A stretch of 64,000 nt of DNA from an uncultured virus (IMG/VR IMGVR_UViG_2061766007_000731) (IMGVR_UViG_2061766007_000731), one strand, 5' to 3'; positions 19,371 to 34,190 are shown, numbered from the stretch's first letter. Numbers and translations are program-made. The notes: a model not told the origin generated them from the sequence alone.

Positions 19371-19949
19371 TGCAATTCTTTATATTTAATAATACAACTA
19401 ATTCATTAGAAATAGATGNNNNNNNNNNNNNNNNNNNNNNNNNNNNNNNNNNNNNNNNNTAAAGAACGCAATAAATGCAAGGAAGATAAAACAGGAAAGT
19501 TGAGATTAAGAGCTTTTAAGGAACTTACTTATATATATTTAGTTCTAGATTTTAAATCTCCTTATTTCCAATATAAAGAGAAAGAAAAACATGATGCTGC
19601 TATGTACGATTCTGGTATGACAGAAGACATGTTAGAAGATAAAACTTTTCTTGCTGCGTTTAGAAAGTATAAAGAAATACAAGACTCTGATCCAATTCTT
19701 TCACTAATAAAAACATCTTTGAATACTTTATTTAAATTGCAAATATTCTTAGATAATATAGATTTCGAAGAAGATGTAGACGAAGAGGGTAGGTTATTAT
19801 ATAAGCCAAAAGATATCTTTGATAGTATAGCAAGTATTGATAAAATGAGAGATCAGTTACAAGCTTTAGAAATAAAACATAAAAAGAATCTTGCTACTTC
19901 TGGCAATTCTGTTCGTGGAGACGTTCAGTTAGGTTTCAAAGATAGTTAA
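19370..19949 (+). CDS. Hypothetical protein upstream of TerL (candidate small terminase subunit)
   Basis: ATG overlaps the previous TAA; contains an N gap; lies directly before the large terminase. Confidence 0.6.
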
Positions 19950-19951
19950 TT

Positions 19952-22162
19952 ATGGCTAAAAAAGAAAAATGAGAAACTCCTTTAGAAAAAAAGGAGCGAG
20001 AAAATAAACTTATTTCGTTTAGCGAACGTTGAGAAGAAGAATTAAAACAGAGTCTTTTTGATACAGAAAGTAAATCTGAGGAAGTTCATACAGTTGTTCA
20101 AGAGAAATATGAATGACACAATCCACGTCCTAATGAAGAATGAGATGTTCCTATTACAGAAGAAATTAAATATTTTGATCCAGAGTTATCTTATGAACTA
20201 ACAGGTTATAGACCAATTACAATGGATAAAGGATTAGATTTTAATCCGGAATTATTTAGAGAAAGGGCTATAACATTTGAAAGAACTCATAAGTATACTG
20301 AATATCCAGCTGGTACTAAACCTTATAATGATTTTTGGGATGAAGAATATCGCAGATGCCAAAATGGTTTAACTATTGGAAAATATAGATTGACTGGGGA
20401 TCATTATTTTTTCTTGAACTATTATAGAATGTTTACTATTCTTGAAAGTAGTACTTCTGGTTCTGGACGTTTTGAAAATTTTCCAAGTTTTTTGTCTAAA
20501 CAATATGAATTTTTTCATTATGTTGAAATGGCAGAAAAACTTGGAAAAGATATATGTATATTAAAGGCTCGTGGTATTGGACTTTCTGAAATCGTTGCAT
20601 GTTTAGTTGTTAGACCATATACAACTAATCGTGGTTATCACGCTATGATAACTTGTGCTGCAGAAGCTAAATTAATTCCTTTAAAAAATAAGTGTTGGAA
20701 GCAGTTAGATTGGCTGAACATTAATACTCAAGGTGGAATGCGGCATGTACGATTAGTAGTAAATAATAACGATACTAAAAGAGCTTCTATTAAAACTCCA
20801 GATGGTGTTGAATATGGTTGAGGATCAGAAATAACATCTGTAGTTGCAGATACATCTGATAAGATTCGTGGCGATCGTATTGATAGACTTATATATGAAG
20901 AAGCTGGATCTAATAAAGTGTTAACTAGTTCGTGAATTAAAGGTGATGCTTTAGTAGCACTAGGCGGTAAACATTTTGGTAGTCGTATTGCATTAGGAAC
21001 TGGTGGCGATGATATGAGTTTGCAAGGATTAACTAATATGTTTGGTAATCCAGAAGCATATAACATATTACCGTTTAAAAATTATGATACTGATGATGGT
21101 AAACCAGAATTAACGTCATTTTTTATACCAGCTCATAAATTTGCTCTAACATCAGAATATCTTGATAATAGAGGAGTAACTAATTATAAAGAATTTAAAA
21201 AGTTTTATTTAAAGCAAAGAGAAAAACTTACTGACAAAGACTTTTTAAACGAATGTGCTGAACACTGTTTTACTCCTCGTGAAGCTTTATCAAAGCATGG
21301 CGATAATATATTTGATACAGTTGCAATATCTGAACGATTAGTACAAATAAAAGTTCAAGGTAATTATACTAAACCTAAACATATGGCTTTATTCTGAGAT
21401 CCTCAACCTGGAGGAGCAAAAAGAGTTAGAGCTGTAGAACATCCTGATTCGCATTTATTAGTTGTTGAACCACCAGTATTAGATGAATCTGGGCAACCGT
21501 TTAAAAATTTATATGTTGCTGGAATTGACGCTATTGATATGGGTAAAAGTGATTCTGCTACAGATTATGATGTATCTGATTTTTGTGTTGTAGTTAAAAA
21601 ACGACAATTTGGACAGAATGAACCAAAATACGTAGCATTATATAGATTTAGGCCAAACAACATTCGAGAAGCTTTTGAAATTACTATGAGATTATTAGTA
21701 TGATATAATTGTAAAGCTGTTCTTGAATATACTAAAATATCCATACAGACTTATTTTAAAGAACACGGAATGGGTCATCTGTTTATGTCTAGACCGAAAG
21801 TTGCATTACAAGGAGGTATTAAAAGACCTGGTAAAAATTTAATTGGTATTCCAGGCACTCCAAGTATAATTCAACATGGTTTAGAATTAATACAAAATTT
21901 TTTAAGCGATTATTGATATACAATAGATTTTGAAGAAATTTTAGATGAGATGTTAAATTATTCATATGAAAATAAACGCAAATTTGATATTATTGCTGCA
22001 ATGCAATGCTGTGAAATTGGAGACGAAGATATGACTGGTTTATCACCATCGGTAGTAGAATCTATTAAAAATCAATGAAGAGATATTGGCTATTACATTG
22101 ATGAAAATGGCTATAGACGTAAAGGAGTAATACCAAATGACAGAAATTGAAAAGCATATTAA
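19952..22162 (+). CDS. terL: Terminase large subunit, 736 aa (TGA=Trp)
   Basis: KARGIGLSE (Walker A), RGDRIDRLIYEEAG (Walker B), GTGG and YVAGIDAID (RNase H-like) motifs in a single frame with only TGA interruptions. Confidence 0.92.
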
Positions 22163-22430
22163 AGAAATCATTGAAGAAGTAACAAATAGTAAATATATTG
22201 GTAAATTAAAAGTAATTGAAGAGCCAATCAATGATAGCACACTTTGAATGTTACTCCTTTATTTAGATTTGGAAATAACTCCTATGATTCTTGCATATGA
22301 AGGTACAGAAAATGATTTTATAGAATTTATTACAAAAGAATTAAAATTGAGAAAACTTCATACAGTAAAATTTTGAAAAGCTATTCAAGAATCTCATAGG
22401 AACGAATTTATAGAATGCGATGGATCGTAA
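22137..22430 (+). CDS. Hypothetical protein between TerL and portal (TGA=Trp)
   Basis: 97 aa with two TGA codons; overlaps both neighbours. Confidence 0.7.
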
Positions 22431-24618
22431 TAAAGAAATTGAAAAAATAAACAATTGTATTAACGATTTAATTTACGAGAAAATTCAGTTAAAGAAGGCG
22501 TATAATTATTATCATTGTCTTCGTGACGCGGAACAGTTTAAACATCTTGAAGAAAATTTTGGCATTGGAACTCCAACTTCAGTTACATTTACACCTCTTA
22601 TTAAGAAACATATTGATGTTCTTGTTGGTGAATATCTAGAATTGGATCCAGATCTACAAGTATCGTGTAAAGATGAAAAGACAATATCCGATATTATGCG
22701 TGATAAACAACTTAAGATACATGAAGCTGTATTTAAGAAATTTAAAGAAAAACTTCAAAATAGTATAGTACAAATAATTCTTGAAAATAAAGAAAGTGTA
22801 AATGATCCATTTTTTGATCAAGAATTAGAACGTATTAAAAAAGAAGTTGCTGATAGTTATATATCAGAATTTGAAATAGCTGCACAAAACATTTTAAATT
22901 ATATAAAAAATTCTCGCGATATTGATTTAAAAAATAAAATGCGAGAATTATTAACCGATTTGTTAATTGGCGGTATATGCTATTATAGAGTACGTCCTTC
23001 TGGTGGTAAAAATAATTTAAAATTAGAAATATTAAATCCTCTTGATACTTTTGTTGAACGAAATTATAATGAATTTTATTTAAATCGTTCTCCTAGAGCA
23101 TTTACAAGACGTTGACTTACTATAGATCAAATATTAAATGAATATGACGAAGAATTAACAGCAGAAGCTCGTAAGAAATTATTAGACGATGTGCATCCTA
23201 TACATAGAGAAAATAGACACATGTATATTAGAGTTCCTGCCGGAGATGGATATAATAAAATACCTAGAGGTCAAACTCCAGGATTACTTGGAGGTTTAGA
23301 AGTTCATCCTATTCGTCAAGTTGCAGATCCTTATTACAACTATAATGCTAATGTTTTTCCAGTTTATGAATGTGAATGATTGGAATATGACAAAGATAAA
23401 TTAGTTAGACACGAAGGTGTTAAAATTGGCGAAGAAATTTATATCTGCAGAGGAGAATCTGAAAATATTGTTCGAAGTATATCGAATCCAAAAGATTGTA
23501 CTTTATCTATTAATGGTATTTTCTTTATGGATAAAAATGGAGCGCCTTTTAGTATTGTAGTGCATACTATGGATTTACAAGATCGTTACGATCTTTGTAT
23601 ATATTATCGTGATAGTTTAATCGCAAATAGTGGTACTATTGGCGATTGACTTGACGTAAATCATTTACCTACATTTCTTGGAGAAGAGTTGCCAGAAAGA
23701 ATTCAAAAATGACTTGCATATAAAAAACAGGGAATGGGTTTGTTTGATTCTTCACAAGAAGGTGCCCAGTTATTAAATACTACATTTAACGGTTTTGACG
23801 ATACTCTTAAAGCTCAAATGATTCAGGCGTTTGATTTAGTATTACAAAGTATTGAAGGACAAGCTAGTTCTATTACTGGAGTTTTTGCAGAAAAATTAGG
23901 CGGTATTCAACAACGAGATGCAGTTAGTAATGTTAAAGTTGGTATTAGACAATCTACATTATTGACAAAACAGTATTTTTCCGCAATGGATTTACTTTAT
24001 AAAGAAGTAAATTACGATTTATTAAATCTTGCAAAAATAGTATATAAAAATGGTATATGTGGTACTTTAATTAATGGCAATAAACTTAATCAAATTTTTA
24101 CCGCATTACCGAAATATTACACAATGACTGATTTTGATATTCATATTCAAGATAGTACTGAATTATTTCAAGCAAAAGAAAATCTTCGTGCATCTAGCAT
24201 GGAACTAATTAAATCTGGTCAAGCAGATCCAACGATGATCGTTAATATTATGCTTGCTCGTAATATTACTGAACTTAGAAATTATATTTCTGATGCTGTT
24301 AAAACACAAAAACAAGAAAATAACACACTTGGGCAGTTGCAACAACAACTACAAGAATTACAACAGCAATTACAACAAGCTAGTAAACAAACTAATCAAC
24401 TTCAAGAAGAAAATAACAATCTCAAAAAGCAACTTGAGAAAAATAGTAACGCTAAGATTGAAATTGAACGTCAGCGTGTGGCTATAGAAGAACAAGAGAT
24501 GAGGAATAAGAAGGAATACGATGATAGAATTGCTAAGGCTAAAGAACGTCAAGTTGATGTTGAATTCTTACAAATTACAGATGGTAATCCTTATAATGAT
24601 AAAATAAAAGACATATAA
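22420..24618 (+). CDS. Portal protein, 732 aa (TGA=Trp)
   Basis: Four in-frame fragments joined by TGA. TPLIKKHIDVLVGE, SSITGVFAEKLGGIQQRDAVSNV and a C-terminal Q-rich coiled coil; follows TerL. Confidence 0.88.
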
Positions 24619-24619
24619 T

Positions 24620-25351
24620 ATGGATAGTAGATTAACAATTCAATTAAATATTGAGAATACAACATTTACCGCAGTTGACACATCGCCATATACAAATTGA
24701 ATTAGTAATAATACTTTTGATAATAATCATAAACACGCTATAGTTCATAGACTTACTTTTATCGGAAATGATAAAAATACTTTAAAAAGTATTAATATTA
24801 CAACTTCTAATAGTATTGATGATTTTGAACGTTCTTATATTGTAGATGATATAACAAACGGTTTATATTATTATCAAAAACTATTAATTCCTACAGAATC
24901 GCACGATGCAAACGCAAACGAAATTTTATGATATGATGAAAATGATAATTTAGTTTATTATTATGATACTGATGCTAATACTACAAAAAGTTATAGTTTA
25001 GAATCCGATTTTGATGAAATTTATGATTTGGTAAGTATCGACACTCCAATTAATTGTTTTTATTTTGGAGAATATTCAATGACCATTTATGGATTAATTG
25101 AATGTTATGTATTATTAGCAGAAGATAGAATTAATGGTTTTCTAAGAAACAATTGTAAACAGAATTGTGATGAACCTTGCAGTGATTATAAATTAGACAT
25201 TTTACTTGCTGCAATTTTAGTATTAAATAATCTTATTGCAAAAGGAGAATATTTTGAGGCACATAGAATACTTAATAATTTAAATACATGTGGTAGTTTG
25301 TGCAGCGAATATATAACAGAATTAAAAGGATGCGGCTGTGGAAAATCTTAG
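24620..25351 (+). CDS. Virion structural protein with Cys-rich C-terminus (TGA=Trp)
   Basis: Extends the 25028 fragment upstream in frame; ends CGSLC...GCGCGKS. Confidence 0.7.
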
Positions 25352-25538
25352 TGCAACTTTATTTAGACTATTAAAAGACGAACTTGACGATTTGGCAATT
25401 GGTAAATCTTATAATAAAAATAGATTACGATTAATGAAAGAAATTTGTTATATATTAGTATATGAACAATTTGTCACATTAAGCCCAACAGACGCATTGA
25501 AAATTTCAAAATTATTTAAATATAAAAAATGGCAATAA
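25338..25538 (+). CDS. Small hypothetical protein
   Basis: 66-aa ORF coupled to its neighbours. Confidence 0.6.
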   Translation: MENLSATLFRLLKDELDDLAIGKSYNKNRLRLMKEICYILVYEQFVTLSPTDALKISKLFKYKKWQ

Positions 25539-28500
25539 AATCTAAAATANNNNNNNNNNNNNNNNNNNNNNNNNNNNNNNNNNNNNNNNNNNNNNNNNNN
25601 NNNNNNNNNNNNNNNNCACCAATTGATAATATTCCTGTACAATCAGTAATTAGTTATTTAGAAACTACAAACATTACTCCTAGAGATTATTATAAAGGAA
25701 CTTCGTTTAGATATTCTGGAGAATGATTAACTGGGACACATTATTTAAATGATCAATACTTTGTAGATTTTGTAGTTATTAATAATGTACTATTATGTTG
25801 TAAGAAGAGTCATTTGTCTTCATTAGAATCAAAACCAGTAAGATTTATATACGACGATAAAGGTAATATAGTTGGTATAGATTCTGAATATTGAGATTTT
25901 GTTTTATCTGGATTTAATGTAATTGGTGGTAATTTTCAACGCTATTATGAAGGAAATACTAGTGATATAACAAATCCTGGTGAAGGCGATATATGTACAG
26001 TTCCTAATTCTAATACTAGTTATATATATTATAAAGGTGAATGACATCCTTGATTATATATATCTTTAGATAATATAACTAATTGAAATAATAAAGCAGA
26101 TAAAGTTCATTCTGCCGTTGCAGGTCACATTGCTACCCTCGATTCTTCCGGCAACCTTGTTGACTCCGGTAAGGGTATTAGCGACATAAACCCTTTGTGG
26201 GGCAACATCCAGGGCTCTCTCGAGAATCAGACGGACTTGATGTCCGCACTTGGAGATAAATATGAGAAACCTTCTACCGGCATTCCCGCTTCGGACTTGG
26301 CAAGCGGCGTGATCCCCGACGTGAGCAACTTCATCACGGCATCTGTCGATAACCTCGTCAACTACTACCTCAAATCCGAGACTTACACGAAGGCGGAGGT
26401 ACAGGCCCTCATTGGTGCTATCCAGTCATTCCACTACGAGATTTACGCTTCGACAAGTGCGGTGACGAATCCGCAAGGGAATGTGCTTTATCTCATCGGC
26501 CCTACAGGAAGCGGTAGTGACAAATATGAAGAGTATGTGTATGATGTAACCAAGCAGAATCCTTGGATAAAGTTTGGTGACACGAGCATAAATTTATCGG
26601 ATTATGTAACGATAACCGCTCTCAATACGTCCCTCTCTGCTTACACCACGACCGCCGATCTCAATACGCTCCTTGCCGCCAAGCAGGATGTCATTGATGA
26701 CCTTGCTGCTATTCGTAGCGGTGCTTCTGCTGGAGCAACGGCATACCAAAAGCCAGCGAATGGCATACCCGCATCTGATTTGGCAGCAGGTGTTGTTCCT
26801 GACGTGTCCGGCAAGGAAGACAAGACAAATAAAGTAAGTGCTTTTCAAGTAACACCCGATGATACACACTATCCAACTGAAAAACTTGTCAAGGACAGTC
26901 TTGATGCCAAGCAACCGACTATTGACGCGAATCATAAGTTGGACTACTCATTGCTGAGTAATACGCCTACTATTCCGACGGTTCCTACGGATATAGTCAA
27001 GTACACGGCACAATCGCTTACGGATGCCCAAAAGACGCAGGCGCGTACCAACATAGGCGCAGGAACTTACTCGATGCCGTCTGGTGGCATCCCAAAGACC
27101 GATTTGGCACAAGCCGTCAGCACGTCTCTCAATCGTGCAGATGCGGCCATCATCTATACCGACCTTGGCGAGCCGGATTGGGAGGAGTATGATTATGATA
27201 CTTCTGCGTTCTTGACTACGCTCCGAACGACTGGGTATTACTCCTTTACGATGGACGAGGAGTTTGTGTATTACGTCACGGTGCAGGCGATAGAAATGGG
27301 TTCATATACCTATGTGCTCCAGCAGTATTGGGGCTCTGAGGAAGGACCCGGAAGTGTCTATTATAGAGGCTTCGTCTGGGACAACGACAACGACGAGGTT
27401 GTCTCGGACAACGATATGTCGTATATGACTATCCAGCAGGCGAGTGACCTTTTTGCCAATAAAAACCACAACCACTACAAGAACGAACGGGACACCGCGC
27501 CTGTATGGTCGTACTGTGACACGATGCAGACGCTGGATGCTACGAGTGAGGTAGTATATACCGATACGACAACCTCGACCCAGTGGCTTATCGAAGGGGC
27601 ATACTCGATATACCAACCAGCGGTTAGGTATCAAAAGGTGACGCCACTGCAAGGTGGGACTTGCTATTATCAAAGGTGTGGTACCGTGGCTTCGAACACT
27701 GTGACGTGGGGGCCTTGGTATCGCTTCGATACGGTCGAGGCGAACCCTACCGTCCCTGCCGGTACGACGCCGACCTCGCTCACTGGGTTGAAGATTGGAA
27801 GCGACTATTACGACATAGAGGCTGGCGGCGGCACGGTTACTGACGTGACCGTTGGCGGGACTTCCGTCGTTGATGGCAACGGCGTGGCGGTCGTCCCCGC
27901 AATTCCTACGGTCAACGATGCGACGCTGACGATTAAGATGAACAATGCCAGCAAGGGCACGTTCTCGGCCAACGCAGCGTCGAATACTGAAATCGACCTC
28001 GGCACGGTAATCACCTCGCATCAGGACATATCGGGCAAGGCCGACAAGGTAAGCGGCGCTACAAACGGACATTTCGCCGGGTTGGATAGTAACGGCAACC
28101 TTACGGACAGCGGAAAGGGCGCAAGCGACTTCGGAACGTACAGCAAGCCGTCGGGCGGTATTCCGGCTTCGGACTTGGATTCTGCCGTACAGACGAGCTT
28201 GGGAAAGGCTGACACGGCGCTCCAATCGTTCACGGAGACTGACCCTACCGTTCCATCCTGGGCTAAGGCATCGAGCAAGCCGAGTTACGACTACTCCGAG
28301 ATTGGCAACACGCCGTCTCTGGCTACCGTAGCGACCAGCGGTTCGTACAACGATTTGAGCAACACGCCTACCATCCCCACACTCAATCTGTTCATCGTGA
28401 CCGTCGGCTACGATAGTGAGGAGGATGAATACTCCATCACTAACGATGTGTCATTTGCCGACCTGTGCGCCGCTTACGAAGCAGGCAAGGCACTAATCCT

Positions 28501-31500
28501 TATCTATACCGACGATGGTGGCTATGCACAAGAGTACACTTTGTCCGATTATGCGGCAGACGATGACTATATAGCGTTTTCATCATCCTCTGTCCCGGAG
28601 ATAACTAAAATATTTTCGATTGGTAGCGATGGGTCTGTAGGATATTCGGAACAAGTGGCGAGGATGAGCAGTATTACCAATGATGTCCTTTTTGTAAGAG
28701 GGCACAATGCAATATGGAGAGGAACTTGCGCGACCTCGGCATCTACGGCAGCAAAATATGCCAGCTGCTCGTCGTTCCTTCCAGAAGACCTTGCCGTGGG
28801 CGTGATGGTGGTCGTCACGTTCTCCAACACAAACATAGCTGCGCCGAACAACCTCACGCTAAATATCGCCGCTCGCGGCGCGAAGCCCATCAAGCGGTGG
28901 GTAAACGGCGGCTTGGCGGATATAGACAAGCCAGAAAACCTCACGGGGACGATGGCTTTTGTTTATGATGGGACGAACTGGGTGACTTGGTACGAGTCAT
29001 TCGACAATGATGACGGCAACTGCTTGGATGCTAAATTCGGCAATGTTACCCTCCATCAGTGGAAGCCCGACTACACTATGACGGAAGGCTCGTATGTAAA
29101 GGGCGCGGACGGGTTGCTTTACGAATATAGCGGCTCCAAGTATGTGGAAGTTGCTGTCGGCGACGCGGAGCGGGTGCGATTCCTTGGGATTTATCCTAAA
29201 TACTCCTCTTGGACGAATGGCTTTGCCTTCGGAAAATACGAGAACGACCAATGGGTTACGATTGAGAGTGAGAAGTTCGGCTACGACACCTCGCAAGATG
29301 CAAGTATTACTATGGAGTATATCCGTGCCGTCCCTTCCGGGGCGACGCATTTCCGCACATCGAGCGCAACATCGTCGCTGCTTGCTCTTGAGCGGAACTT
29401 CTACCTCTATTTCCAAACGGGCAAGCCTGCCGTCAGTCAGGAGGAATTAGAAACAGCACTTACTAATAAATATGAAAAACCTTCAAGTGGAATTCCTGCT
29501 AGTGATATTGCTTCTGGAGTAATTCCAGCGGCATCTAATGATAATCCATCTATGGATGGAACAGCTTCTGCTGGAACTGCATCTACATATTCAAGAGGCG
29601 ATCATATACATCCTACTGATACATCAAGAGCCCCATTAGCATCTCCATCGTTTACTGGTACTCCTACAGCACCTACTGCATCGTCTGGTACTAATACTAC
29701 TCAAATTGCAACAACAGAATTTGTAGCAGGAGAACTATTACCATATCAACAATTAGTAATACAAATAACTGGTAGTGGGAATACTTTAGTAGAATCAAAT
29801 ATAATTTCAGATATTATTCCTGGGCATTTTTACAGATTTTGAATAAAAGATTGAGATGTTAGCGGTGTTACTGTAACAGGTTCTACTTATATAAAATTAC
29901 GTATTAATTATCTTAATTCTAATAATACTAGCACTTCATTAATTACAAAATATGTAAATAACTCGTTAGCAGATTATTATGATATTGAAATTCCTAGTTC
30001 TGCTGTATCTGTTGTTGTTAAAGGTCGTGTTTCTAGTGGATCAATTGGTAAAATATTTATAGAAGATATTACTTCTATAATAGAAAATAATGGAAATTAT
30101 ATAGTACCACAAATTGATGAATCTCCGTTACTAAAAATAGAGAATGAGATAAAACCTTTGTTGTTTCTACAGGGGCAGCGTCTTTTGACGGAGGGTGGAA
30201 CGGAACAAGCCGGTACAATCGCAGCGACAATCAATATCTACAAGAACATTACTTCGAACACTAAATACTATATTACCGCATACTCTCCGAGCCTCGCTAC
30301 CGTCTGTGCCGCACAACACACTAAATCAAGCGGCGACTTGTTGCAAGCATATACGCTCGGCAACACGGGGACCTATAAATATAGGCAGGAGATAACGACG
30401 GCTACGACAAGCCCCAATGCCTCAAAACTCCTCGTATATGGTTCGGATACGCAACCCATCTTGCACCGTGTCCTCCGCGTCCTGCTTATAGGCAGTTCCT
30501 GGCACATGAACACCTGGTGGTATCTGAACAAGATGTTCGCCGATGCGAACGTCGTAGCCGACCTTCACGCATACTATATGGGCCATTCGCAATTCTACGA
30601 ATGAACACAATTATATGATAATAATTTAACACCATTGACAGGAGATGAAGCATCTCGTGACGCTCGTTATTGTATATCGTTAAATGGGGCAAATTGAACT
30701 TCACATGTATTTAATGATGCATTTGGAAATGAAACTTCTACACTAACGGCTCAACAATATAGAGACGCTTTTTATAATGATTTGACATCTGGTAATTGAG
30801 ATATTATAGCATATCAACAAGGTGCAAAAGAAAGTATAACATGAGAAGCTTGATCTTATTATTCAGATTTAGTTTCTATTTTAAAACGTCATTTAAATTC
30901 AAATGGTTTTCTTGCATTTAATGCAACATGAACTCCCGGTATTAATTGAACTTCAATGTCTACATATGGCTATGATAATACAATTAATGGGCAAAGAAAT
31001 TGACAAGAAGACGCAAATGTTAATACAAGAAAATTTATGATACTTTCTGGACAAAATAAAGTGGCACCTAATGGCGAACTTATATGAAAAATGCGCAGAG
31101 ATGATACTTTAAATACTTCGGGTGATTTAACGTCAGATAACTTGCATTTGGCTAACGGATTACCTATGTATGCTGCTGCAGGATGTTGATGAGAAACATT
31201 CATATCTCCATCTATGGGTATCCCATTTGATACTTTAAGTTGATTACCAGATAGTAATACTCAAAAAATACATTTTAATGGGAGTGAATTTATGAGTATT
31301 AGTTCTGCACAACAAGCTTTAGTGCGTAAATATATAAAAGAAGCTTTATCTGATAGATTTGGCGCCGATTATTATGATATATCTAAAGCTTCTGTTGCGT
31401 CAATAACTGTTCCTGCAATTTCAAATAATATAGCTGCCGATAAANNNNNNNNNNNNNNNNNNNNTATAATGAAGTGCATCCTGTTGTTTGTACTACAGAA

Positions 31501-31761
31501 CCTACTGGAGGAATGTTGCCAAATATTATGTATAATTTTGGAGAATTATCTGGAAATACAACATTTACAATGGCTTCTCCAACAGACGCTGGTATTATAA
31601 ATCATTGATATTGAACTTTTAGCACTTCTAGTACAGCTCCAACAATTACATGGCCTTCTAATATAACAAGTTGATTTGATGGATCTGCGCCTACTATCGC
31701 AGCAAATAAGTATTATGAAATTAGTGTATTAAATGGAATTGCTATTTATTTAGAAATATAA
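25529..31761 (+). CDS. Giant mosaic tail fibre/receptor-binding protein, ~2070 aa, with an SGNH-hydrolase-like domain (TGA=Trp)
   Basis: Fragments at 25529, 26195, 30158 and 31292 are in frame; the C-terminus after the N gap near 31450 is in another frame. Contains KPxxGIPASD repeats, SPSFTGTPTAPT and RVLLIGSS...WDIIAYQQG...DNLH. Confidence 0.8.
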
Positions 31762-31762
31762 T

Positions 31763-34174
31763 ATGAGACCAATACAATTAGTTCAAAATGGAAATTTTAA
31801 AGAATGTTCTAATGGACTTACTGGATGGAGTAGAGTAAATGAAACTTATACATCTTCATTATCATTAGTAAATGGAGCATTAAAAATACAGAAATCTAGT
31901 ACTGGAGGCATTTGTGCCGTAAAATCTGTTTCTACTAATGGCGCTTTAAATCCAACTCATATATATTACATGAGTGCTGAAATAAAAGCTGAAAATGGTA
32001 CAACGTATTTGCATTTTGGATCTGCCGATGGACAACTTTCTAATAATACAGAAATTTATACTTCAGATTCATCTCAATTTGTAAAATTAGATCAAATCAG
32101 TTATCCAAATGCAAATACCGATGTACTAATTATTAGATTAGGAATTCAATCAACTGCATCTGGATCATATAGTTATGTTCGTAATATATTCTGTATTGAT
32201 TTGACAGCTACATTTGGTTCTGGAAATGAGCCCGAACTTTCAGAATGTAGAGAATTATTTACAGATGATTATTATTGATATAACATCTTTTCTATATATC
32301 CTGCTAATGACGGCATGCTATTAATGAAAAGAAGAATAATGATAAAATCTAGCCCTCAATATAAATATATTCGTTTTGCAGATCCTACTGTAGAGAATAT
32401 TTGTATAACAAATTGATCATCTGATGGCATTGGATTATCTTATTCTGATGCCGCTGCCGTGACGAACTTGAACAACAAGTTTAAAGGGGACACAAGCATC
32501 GTTTCGTTTGACGAACTACAATACTTTACGTCGTTGACCTCTCTTAACGGTTCGAACAACAATTCAACGGGAGAGTTTAATGGTTGTTCAAACCTTGTGT
32601 CCATCACATTCCCTTCTTCGCTTACGACAATAAGTGGACACGCATTTTACGGTTGTACATCGTTGGAGTCTGCTCTTGGCGGCAATGTGACTTATTTTGG
32701 CTATGCGTGTTTTAGAGAGTGTTCCGCACTTCTCGATATAGATATTTCTCACGCTATATCTATATATGGTTATGCTTTCTATTATACTGCTTTAATTGGT
32801 AAGGAACTAAGTATGCCAAATCTAACATATTTGGCTGGAGTTACATTTACTGGGACTGGCATATCGAAAATTTTGGACCTCGGAAGTATTACGACACTGC
32901 CTGACCATACTTATGGTGTTGGCCCTTTCGGTTATTGCACATCTCTTACGCAGGTAACGCTTCCATCGACTTGCGGAACAATTAACCGTTACAGTTTTTT
33001 GGGATGCACCTCCCTAACAACCGTAACGAACAATTCTTCCTCGTTTATAGTAAAAGACTATGCATTTGACGGATGTACATCTCTCACGAGCATAAATCTT
33101 AATAATGTAACATCCATCGAATCTTATGTGTTTAGAGGAACCGCGTTGACAAGTGCGGCACTTTCTTATGTCACTGCTGTTGGTAGAGCAGCGTTTGCTG
33201 GTGTCCCGCTTCAAACGGTTACTTTTGGTTCTTCTGCATTGTCTGTCGGTAGGGAGGCGTTCTATAACTGTACTTCTCTCGAAAGCGTTACTTTTGGAGG
33301 AACGACTACTATTGATATAAATGCTTTCCAAAATTGTACTGCTCTTGAAGAGTGTATCGGAGGAACTATAACATCGTTTGGGAATTATAGTTTCAAAGAT
33401 TGTTCTTCGTTAGTTGATATAGATATTTCTAATGCAACTACTGTTGGTAACGAAGCATTTAGAGGTGCGAGTTTGAGCGGTATGACATTAAGCATACCGA
33501 ACTTAACATCGCTTGGTACTAACGCTTTTATGGGAACGGCAATCTCGTCTATTACTTCATTAGGTAGTATAACATCTATACCGGGTGGAAATTCAACTAA
33601 TGGAACTGGCGTATTTGCGAATTGCACAAGTCTTGCCAGCGCCGTTCTGCCAAATACATTGACATCTATCGGCTCAGTCGCATTTCGAGATTGTACTTCG
33701 TTGACTGCCGTCAATATCCCCGTCAGCGTAACAAGCATTGGTGGACAAGCGTTTAGGCTTTGTCCGCTTTCCGGTACATTAACTATTACGCAAGGAATTA
33801 CCTTGGACTCCGCATCCTTCCTTGGTAATAACTTCACTAAAATTACCTTTGGCGGTGATGTGGCGGGTCTTTCGGGTTCACTTAACGGATGGCTGGCTTC
33901 TCTCTATGGCCCGAATCTTCTTGAACTTGATTTTTCCGAGAACCAAACGAGTGGACTTGGCGCTTATATCGTAAACAGACCTTCGGGTTATTCGGATTGC
34001 CCGCTAACAACGATTATTATAAGGGCTACAACGCCGCCAACTGCGAGTGCCTACACATTTGCTGGTATGAACGCACTTGCTCATATTTATGTACCAGCAT
34101 CGGCTGTTGATACCTATAAAGCCGCAAGTGGTTGAAGTAATAAAGCAAGTATAATAGAAGCAATCCCTTCATAA
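31763..34174 (+). CDS. Carbohydrate-binding-like N-domain plus BspA-type leucine-rich repeat protein, 803 aa (TGA=Trp)
   Basis: Repeated IxxxAFxxCxSL units. FADPTVENICITN-W and the C-cap YKAASG-W both use TGA. Confidence 0.85.
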
Positions 34175-34190
34175 AACAATTTAAATAATT

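Noticed and set aside
26594..33837. Minus-strand and alternate-frame ORFs within the tail fibre and BspA genes
   Set aside because: Shadow ORFs arising from the GC-rich coding segments.
25529..34174. Diversity-generating retroelement acting on tail/BspA genes
   Set aside because: No reverse transcriptase and no template/variable repeat pair with adenine-specific mismatches seen in this window.
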